From assembly GCA_002189035.1 (NCBI GenBank), contig NEEC01000102.1:1-33962 (forward strand): a DNA stretch of 33,962 bases, written 5' to 3'. The notes beneath the pieces are model-generated. The model searched no databases. It was not told where the DNA came from and worked only from the letters and a program-made list of their open reading frames with translations. Shown in pieces: positions 25,401 to 33,962 of this stretch. The position numbers were made by a program, and so were the translations under genes. Position 1 is the stretch's first letter. The number at the start of each line of letters is the position of its first letter. Source of the DNA: Utricularia gibba. Lineage: Eukaryota > Plantae > Magnoliophyta.

Positions 25401-26460
25401 GGTCCGGACGAAGTTCCCAACAACAGCACCCGCCAAAAAACGACAACTTTTCCTTGAAAAAGCATGTAGGCAGCCGCCGAAAACCCAACGTTAATAAATG
25501 CATCACTTTTTTGGCCGGGCTACAAATGACTATGGGCCAGAGCGCGACTCGACCATTTGCGAGATAGAGCACCTAGGGCCATATGAGCAGATCGAGTCAA
25601 TTGGGCCCTTACAAAGCTGCCAACGACAGCACCCATGTTGCTTGAGAAAACCTTTGGGGCGCTGACATGATCATAACATGCTCATTAAGATGCACGAACG
25701 ATTTTCATTCCCAACATAAAAAGCATGTAGGCAGCCGCCGAAAACCCAACGTTAATAAATGCATCACTTTTTTGGCCGGGCTACAAATGACTATGGGCCA
25801 GAGCGCGACTCGACCATTTGCTCGATACTAGTGCCAGCCTAGAGCACCTCGTCAAATATAAATCAGGTTGTTGAGAAAACCATTTGGGGCGCTCATGACA
25901 TCATAACTTCATTAAATGCATCACGATTTTCATCGAGTAGGACCCGATTGGGCTATTGCCCTTACAAAGCTTTAAAACGGCAAGCTGTTGCTTGAAAAAC
26001 CATGTGGGCAGCCGCCGACAACCCAACGTTAATAAATGCATCACTTCTTTTGACGGGCTACAGCTGACTTTGTCCCCAAGCCGACCCGAATTCCGGCCCG
26101 ATCTCGGTGACCCACAAAAGCGCCTTCTCAAGTGTAAGCATGCTGTTGAAAAAAGCATTTGGGGTGGTGAGATCCTAACTTCAATAAAGGTATCACGATT
26201 TTCGTCGAATGGGACCTTATTGTGCTGTGAAGTCAGACCGAACCTACGAAGTTCCCAACAACAGTTTTCCTTGAAAAAGCATGTAGGCAGCCGCCGAAAA
26301 CCCAACGTTAATAAATGCATCACTTTTTTGGCCGGGCTACAAATGACTATGGGCCAGAGCGCGACTCGACCATATTCATGTGGCTGTCCTACAGCTGACA
26401 GCCCGACCGAATTCCGGCCCGATCTCGGTGACCCACAAAAGCGCCTTCTCAAGTGTATAG
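19401..26460 (+). repeat. Transition domain with mosaic haplotypes, deletions and scrambled patches
   Basis: Haplotype-2 alleles appear piecemeal. Degraded patches occur at about 19720-19750, 20090-20160, 20530-20580, 21640-21835, 24735-24840, 24980-25075, 25175-25260, 25360-25385, 25560-25715 and 26370-26410. Confidence 0.85.
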
Positions 26461-29400
26461 CATGCTGTTGAAAAAAGCATTTGGGGTGGTCTTGAGATCC
26501 TCACTTTTCAATAAAGGTATCACGATTTTCGTCGAATGGGACCTTATTGTGCTGTGAAGTCAGACCGAACCTTGGGTCCGGACGAAGTTCCCAACAACAG
26601 CACCCGCCAAAAAACGACAACTTTTCCTTGAAAAAGCATGTAGGCAGCCGCCGAAAACCCAACGTTAATAAATGCATCACTTTTTTGGCCGGGCTACAAA
26701 TGACTATGGGCCAGAGCGCGACTCGACCATTTGCTCGATACTAGTGCCAGCCTAGAGCACCTCGTCAAATATAAATCAGGTTGTTGAGAAAACCATTTGG
26801 GGCGCTCATGACATCATAACTTCATTAAATGCATCACGATTTTCATCGAGTAGGACCCGATTGGGCTAAGGAGCCAGACCAAACCTTGGGCCCTTACAAA
26901 GCTGCCAACGACAGCACCCACCTTAAAACGGCAAGCTGTTGCTTGAAAAACCATGTGGGCAGCCGCCGACAACCCAACGTTAATAAATGCATCACTTCTT
27001 TTGACGGGCTACAGCTGACTTTGTCCCCCAAGCCCGACCCGAATTCCGGCCCGATCTCGGTGACCCACAAAAGCGCCTTCTCAAGTGTATAGCATGCTGT
27101 TGAAAAAAGCATTTGGGGTGGTCTTGAGATCCTCACTTCAATAAAGGTATCACGATTTTCGTCGAATGGGACCTTATTGTGCTGTGAAGTCAGACCGAAC
27201 CTTGGGTCCGGACGAAGTTCCCAACAACAGCACCCGCCAAAAAACGACAACTTTTCCTTGAAAAGCATGTAGGCAGCCGCCGAAAACCCAACGTTAATAA
27301 ATGCATCACTTTTTTGGCCGGGCTACAAATGACTATGGGCCAGAGCGCGACTCGACCATTTGCTCGATACTAGTGCCAGCCTAGAGCACCTCGTCAAATA
27401 TAAATCAGGTTGTTGAGAAAACCATTTGGGGCGCTCATGACATCATAACTCATTAAATGCATCACGATTTTCATCGAGTAGGACCCGATTGGGCTAAGGA
27501 GCCAGACCAAACCTTGGGCCCTTACAAAGCTGCCAACGACAGCACCCACCTTAAAACGGCAAGCTGTTGCTTGAAAAACCATGTGGGCAGCCGCCGACAA
27601 CCCAACGTTAATAAATGCATCACTTCTTTTGACGGGCTACAGCTGACTTTGTCCCCCAAGCCCGACCGAATTCCGGCCCGATCTCGGTGACCCACAAAAG
27701 CGCCTTCTCAAGTTAAGCATGCTGTTGAAAAAAGCATTTGGGGTGGTCTTGAGATCCTCACTTCAATAAAGGTATCACGATTTTCGTCGAATGGGACCTT
27801 ATTGTGCTGTGAAGTCAGACCGAACCTTGGGTCCGGACGAAGTTCCCAACAACAGCACCCGCCAAAAAACGACAACTTTTCCTTGAAAAAGCATGTAGGC
27901 AGCCGCCGAAAACCCAACGTTAATAAATGCATCACTTTTTTGGCCGGGCTACAAATGACTATGGGCCAGAGCGCGACTCGACCATTTGCTCGATACTAGT
28001 GCCAGCCTAGAGCACCTCGTCAAATATAAATCAGGTTGTTGAGAAAACCATTTGGGGCGCTCATGACATCATAACTTCATTAAATGCATCACGATTTTCA
28101 TCGAGTAGGACCCGATTGGGCTAAGGAGCCAGACCAAACCTTGGGCCCTTACAAAGCTGCCAACGACAGCACCCACCTTAAAACGGCAAGCTGTTGCTTG
28201 AAAAACCATGTGGGCAGCCGCCGACAACCCAACGTTAATAAATGCATCACTTCTTTTGACGGGCTACAGCTGACTTTGTCCCCCAAGCCCGACCCGAATT
28301 CCGGCCCGATCTGGGTGACCCACAAAAGCGCCTTCTCAAGTTAAGCATGCTGTTGAAAAAAGCATTTGGGGTGGTCTTGAGATCCTCACTTCAATAAAGG
28401 TATCACGATTTTCGTCGAATGGGACCTTATTGTGCTGTGAAGTCAGACCGAACCTTGGGTCCGGACGAAGTTCCCAACAACAGCACCCGCCAAAAAACGA
28501 CAACTTTTCCTTGAAAAGCATGTAGGCAGCCGCCGAAAACCCAACGTTAATAAATGCATCACTTTTTTGGCCGGGCTACAAATGACTATGGGCCAGAGCG
28601 CGACTCGACCATTTGCTCGATACTAGTGCCAGCCTAGAGCACCTCGTCAAATATAAATCAGGTTGTTGAGAAAACCATTTGGGGCGCTCATGACATCATA
28701 ACTTCATTAAATGCATCACGATTTTCATCGAGTAGGACCCGATTGGGCTAAGGAGCCAGACCAAACCTTGGGCCCTTACAAAGCTGCCAACGACAGCACC
28801 CACCTTAAAACGGCAAGCTGTTGCTTGAAAAACCATGTGGGGCCGCCGACAACCCAACGTTAATAAATGCATCACTTCTTTTGACGGGCTACAGCTGACT
28901 TTGTCCCCCAAGCCCGACCCGAATTCCGGCCCGATCTCGGTGACCCACAAAAGCGCCTTCTCAAGTGTATAGCATGCTGTTGAAAAAAGCATTTGGGGTG
29001 AGTCTTGGTAGATTCCTCATGCTGTCAATAAAGGTATCACGATTTTCGTCGAATGGGACCTTATTGTGCTGTGAAGTCAGACCGAACCTTGGGTCCGGAC
29101 GAAGTTCCCAACAACAGCACCCGCCAAAAAACGACAACTTTTCCTTGAAAAAGCATGTAGGCAGCCGCCGAAAACCCAACCATCACTTTTTTGGCCGGGC
29201 TACAAATGACTTGGGCCAAGCGCGACTCGACCATTTGCTCGATACTAGCATCACTTTTTTGGAGAAAACTACAATAACTGACTATGGGCCAGAGCGCGAC
29301 TCGACCATTTGCTCGATACTAGTGCCAGCCTAGAGCACCTCGTCAAATATAAATCAGGTTGTTGAGAAAACCATTTGGGGCGCTCATGACATCATAACTT

Positions 29401-32400
29401 CATTAAATGCATCACGATTTTCATCGAGTAGGACCCGATTGGGCTAAGGAGCCAGACCAAACCTTGGGCCCTTACAAAGCTGCCAACGACAGCACCCACC
29501 TTAAAACGGCAAGCTGTTGCTTGAAAAACCATGTGGGCAGCCGCCGACAACCCAACGTTAATAAATGCATCACTTCTTTTGACGGGCTACAGCTGACTTT
29601 GTCCCCAAGCCCGACCCGAATTCCGGCCCGATCTGGTGACCCACAAAAGCGCCTTCTCAAGTGTATAGCATGCTGTTGAAAAAAGCATTTGGGGTGGTCT
29701 TGAGATCCTCACTTCAATAAAGGTATCACGATTTTCGTCGAATGGGACCTTATTGTGCTGTGAAGTCAGACCGAACCTTGGGTCCGGACGAAGTTCCCAA
29801 CAACAGCACCCGCCAAAAAACGACAACTTTTCCTTGAAAAAGCATGTAGGCAGCCGCCGAAAACCCAACGTTAATAAATGCATCACTTTTTTGGCCGGGC
29901 TACAAATGACTATGGGCCAGAGCGCGACTCGACCATTTGCTCGATACTAGTGCCAGCCTAGAGCACCTCGTCAAATATAAATCAGGTTGTTGAGAAAACC
30001 ATTTGGGGCGCTCATGACATCATAACTCATTAAATGCATCACGATTTTCATCGAGTAGGACCCGATTGGGCTAAGGAGCCAGACCAAACCTTGGGCCCTT
30101 ACAAAGCTGCCAACGACAGCACCCACCTTAAAACGGCAAGCTGTTGCTTGAAAAACCATGTGGGCAGCCGCCGACAACCCAACGTTAATAAATGCATCAC
30201 TTCTTTTGACGGGCTACAGCTGACTTTGTCCCCCAAGCCCGACCGAATTCCGGCCCGATCTGGGTGACCCACAAAAGCGCCTTCTCAAGTGTATAGCATG
30301 CTGTTGAAAAAAGCATTTGGGGTCTTGAGATCCTCACTTCAATAAAGGTATCACGATTTTCGTCGAATGGGACCTTATTGTGCTGTGAAGTCAGACCGAA
30401 CCTTGGGTCCGGACGAAGTTCCCAACAACAGCACCCGCCAAAAAACGACAACTTTTCCTTGAAAAAGCATGTAGGCAGCCGCCGAAAACCCAACGTTAAT
30501 AAATGCATCACTTTTTTGGCCGGGCTACAAATGACTATGGGCCAGAGCGCGACTCGACCATTTGCTCGATACTAGTGCCAGCCTAGAGCACCTCGTCAAA
30601 TATAAATCAGGTTGTTGAGAAAACCATTTGGGGCGCTCATGACATCATAACTTCATTAAATGCATCACGATTTTCATCGAGTAGGACCCGATTGGGCTAA
30701 GGAGCCAGACCAAACCTTGGGCCCTTACAAAGCTGCCAACGACAGCACCCACCTTAAAACGGCAAGCTGTTGCTTGAAAAACCATGTGGGCAGCCGCCGA
30801 CAACCCAACGTTAATAAATGCATCACTTCTTTTGACGGGCTACAGCTGACTTTGTCCCCCAAGCCCGACCGAATTCCGGCCCGATCTGGTGACCCACAAA
30901 AGCGCCTTCTCAAGTGTATAGCATGCTGTTGAAAAAAGCATTTGGGGTGGTCTTGAGATCCTCACTTCAATAAAGGTATCACGATTTTCGTCGAATGGGA
31001 CCTTATTGTGCTGTGAAGTCAGACCGAACCTTGGGTCCGGACGAAGTTCCCAACAACAGCACCCGCCAAAAAACGACAACTTTTCCTTGAAAAAGCATGT
31101 AGGCAGCCGCCGAAAACCCAACGTTAATAAATGCATCACTTTTTTGGCCGGGCTACAAATGACTATGGGCCAGAGCGCGACTCGACCATTTGCTCGATAC
31201 TAGTGCCAGCCTAGAGCACCTCGTCAAATATAAATCAGGTTGTTGAGAAAACCATTTGGGGCGCTCATGACATCATAACTCATTAAATGCATCACGATTT
31301 TCATCGAGTAGGACCCGATTGGGCTAAGGAGCCAGACCAAACCTTGGGCCCTTACAAAGCTGCCAACGACAGCACCCACCTTAAAACGGCAAGCTGTTGC
31401 TTGAAAAACCATGTGGGCAGCCGCCGACAACCCAACGTTAATAAATGCATCACTTCTTTTGACGGGCTACAGCTGACTTTGTCCCCAAGCCCGACCCGAA
31501 TTCCGGCCCGATCTCGGTGACCCACAAAAGCGCCTTCTCAAGTGTATAGCATGCTGTTGAAAAAAGCATTTGGGTGGTCTTGAGATCCTCACTTCAATAA
31601 AGGTATCACGATTTTCGTCGAATGGGACCTTATTGTGCTGTGAAGTCAGACCGAACCTTGGGTCCGGACGAAGTTCAACAACAGCACCCGCCAAAAAACG
31701 ACAACTTTTCCTTGAAAAAGCATGTAGGCAGCCGCCGAAAACCCAACGTTAATAAATGCATCACTTTTTTGGCCGGGCTACAAATGACTATGGGCCAGAG
31801 CGCGACTCGACCATTTGCTCGATACTAGTGCCAGCCTAGAGCACCTCGTCAAATATAAATCAGGTTGTTGAGAAAACCATTTGGGGCGCTCATGACATCA
31901 TAACTCATTAAATGCATCACGATTTTCATCGAGTAGGACCCGATTGGGCTAAGGAGCCAGACCAAACCTTGGGCCCTTACAAAGCTGCCAACGACAGCAC
32001 CCACCTTAAAACGGCAAGCTGTTGCTTGAAAAACCATGTGGGCAGCCGCCGACAACCCAACGTTAATAAATGCATCACTTCTTTTGACGGGCTACAGCTG
32101 ACTTTGTCCCCCAAGCCCGACCCGAATTCCGGCCCGATTGGGTGACCCACAAAAGCGCCTTCTCAAGTGTATAGCATGCTGTTGAAAAAAGCATTTGGGG
32201 TGGTCTTGAGATCCTCACTTCAATAAAGGTATCACGATTTTCGTCGAATGGGACCTTATTGTGCTGTGAAGTCAGACCGAACCTTGGGTCCGGACGAAGT
32301 TCCCAACAACAGCACCCGCCAAAAAACGACAACTTTTCCTTGAAAAAGCATGTAGGCAGCCGCCGAAAACCCAACGTTAATAAATGCATCACTTTTTTGG

Positions 32401-33710
32401 CCGGGCTACAAATGACTATGGGCCAGAGCGCGACTCGACCATTTGCTCGATACTAGTGCCAGCCTAGAGCACCTCGTCAAATATAAATCAGGTTGTTGAG
32501 AAAACCATTTGGGGCGCTCATGACATCATAACTCATTAAATGCATCACGATTTTCATCGAGTAGGACCCGATTGGGCTAAGGAGCCAGACCAAACCTTGG
32601 GCCCTTACAAAGCTGCCAACGACAGCACCCACCTTAAAACGGCAAGCTGTTGCTTGAAAAACCATGTGGGCAGCCGCCGACAACCCAACGTTAATAAATG
32701 CATCACTTCTTTTGACGGGCTACAGCTGACTTTGTCCCCCAAGCCCGACCGAATTCCGGCCCGATCTCGGTGACCCACAAAAGCGCCTTCTCAAGTGTAT
32801 AGCATGCTGTTGAAAAAAGCATTTGGGGTGGTCTTGAGATCCTCACTTCAATAAAGGTATCACGATTTTCGTCGAATGGGACCTTATTGTGCTGTGAAGT
32901 CAGACCGAACCTTGGGTCCGGACGAAGTTTCAACAACAGCACCCGCCAAAAAACGACAACTTTTCCTTGAAAAAGCATGTAGGCAGCCGCCGAAAACCCA
33001 ACGTTAATAAATGCATCACTTTTTTGGCCGGGCTACAAATGACTATGGGCCAGAGCGCGACTCGACCATTTGCTCGATACTAGTGCCAGCCTAGAGCACC
33101 TCGTCAAATATAAATCAGGTTGTTGAGAAAACCATTTGGGGCGCTCATGACATCATAACTTCATTAAATGCATCACGATTTTCATCGAGTAGGACCCGAT
33201 TGGGCTAAGGAGCCAGACCAAACCTTGGGCCCTTACAAAGCTGCCAACGACAGCACCCACCTTAAAACGGCAAGCTGTTGCTTGAAAAACCATGTGGGCA
33301 GCCGCCGACAACCCAACGTTAATAAATGCATCACTTCTTTTGACGGGCTACAGCTGACTTTGTCCCCCAAGCCCGACCCGAATTCCGGCCCGTTGGGTGA
33401 CCCACAAAAGCGCCTTCTCAGTTTAAAGCATGCTGTTGAAAAAAGCATTTGGGTGGTCTTGAGATCCTCACTTCAATAAAGGTATCACGATTTCGTCGAA
33501 TGGGACCTTATTGTGCTGTGAAGTCAGACCGAACCTTGGGTCCGGACGAAGTTCCCAACAACAGCACCCGCCAAAAAACGACAACTTTTCCTTGAAAAAG
33601 CATGTAGGCAGCCGCCGAAAACCCAACGTTAATAAATGCATCACTTTTTTGGCCGGGCTACAAATGACTATGGGCCAGAGCGCGACTCGACCATTTGCTC
33701 GATACTAGTG
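26461..33710 (+). repeat. Haplotype-2 HOR domain
   Basis: Units carry GTCTTGAGATCCTCAC, CATCATAAC, GGGCTAAGG, CACCCACCTT, TTTGACGGG and TTGTCCCC(C)AAGCCCGACC. Boundaries are approximate. Confidence 0.9.
29181..29322 (+). repeat. Local ~70-bp imperfect tandem duplication inside one HOR unit
   Basis: CATCACTTTTTTGG...GCGCGACTCGACCATTTGCTCGATACTAG occurs twice in succession (29181-29248 and 29249-29322). Confidence 0.8.
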
Positions 33711-33962
33711 CCAGCCTAGAGCCTCCTCAAATATAAATCAGGTTGTTGAGAAAACCATTTGGGGCGCTCATGACATCCTAACTTCATTAAATGCATCACG
33801 ATTTTCATCGAGTAGGACCCGATTGGGCTAAGGAGCCAGACCAACCTTGGGCCCTTACAAAGCTGCCACGACAGCACCCGCCTTAAAACGGCAAGCTGTT
33901 GCTTGAAAAACCATGTAGGCAGCCGCCGAAAACCCAACGTTAATAAATGCATCACTTTTTTG

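Larger units (their letters stand above)
1..33962. repeat. Tandem satellite DNA array, 629-bp higher-order repeat, about 54 head-to-tail copies in one orientation
   Basis: The same unit recurs from the first to the last base. Identical spurious ORFs recur at an exact 629-bp period (minus-strand 92-aa ORF at 6559, 7188, 7817, 8446, 9075, 9704, 10333, 10962). There is one EcoRI site (GAATTC) and one SpeI site (ACTAGT) per intact unit. No inversion was seen. Confidence 0.99.

Noticed and set aside
1181-33500. Scattered 1-bp homopolymer length changes (for example 7 T at ~1521, AAAA for AAAAA at ~27262 and 28514, variable C-runs in GTCCCC(C)AAG)
   Set aside because: This is the typical long-read indel error pattern, so I did not treat them as biological variants.
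264-33955. Dozens of recurring 60-100-aa ORFs on both strands (MSAAAHMVFQ..., MHHDFHRVGP..., MCCEVRPNLG..., MMHLLTLGFR...)
   Set aside because: They overlap in several frames and strands, resemble no protein family I recognise, and open or close with random 1-bp indels. The A/B paralogous halves do not preserve a common long reading frame. They are repeat by-products.
1-33962. CRISPR array or repeat-spacer system (a conserved 27-bp motif recurs regularly)
   Set aside because: The intervening sequences are about 290 bp and identical from unit to unit rather than unique spacers. There are no cas genes or leader.
1-33962. Tandem RNA-gene array (5S rDNA, tRNA, snRNA, spliced leader)
   Set aside because: I found no recognisable 5S, tRNA cloverleaf (no GGTTCGA-type T-loop in context) or U-snRNA motif on either strand. 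The internal 157-bp substructure fits a satellite. An Infernal/Rfam scan would make this definitive.
1-33962. Rolling-circle concatemer of a 629-nt circle (viroid-like RNA, minicircle, eccDNA)
   Set aside because: There is no hammerhead core (CTGATGA) in the unit, no kinetoplast CSB-3 (GGGGTTGGTGTA) and no evident long self-complementarity. Two regional haplotypes are not expected from one template circle. Satellite-derived eccDNA cannot be excluded but is unsupported.

Overview
The whole 33,962-bp window is one head-to-tail tandem satellite array of about 54 copies of a 629-bp unit (about 49% GC, counted on one unit). I see no credible gene, RNA gene, transposon or CRISPR array, and every listed ORF is a short by-product of the repeat. 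The unit has three nested levels. A ~157-bp monomer alternates between two classes to form a ~314-bp dimer, and two diverged dimers (A, 314 bp; B, 315 bp; about 78% identical by manual alignment) form the 629-bp higher-order repeat (HOR), whose copies are near-identical. Two HOR haplotypes differing by 10 substitutions occupy the left (~0.5-19.4 kb) and right (~26.5-33.7 kb) parts. Between them is a mosaic, partly scrambled zone. All 10 diagnostic substitutions fall in one ~318-bp half of the unit, while the other ~311 bp is invariant. Many small deletions sit exactly on the polymorphic sites, which suggests the sequence is partly a collapsed or mixed long-read consensus. The best interpretation is a eukaryotic (peri)centromeric-type satellite HOR. 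The species and any centromere function cannot be established from sequence alone, and I found no evidence of a novel protein-coding system.
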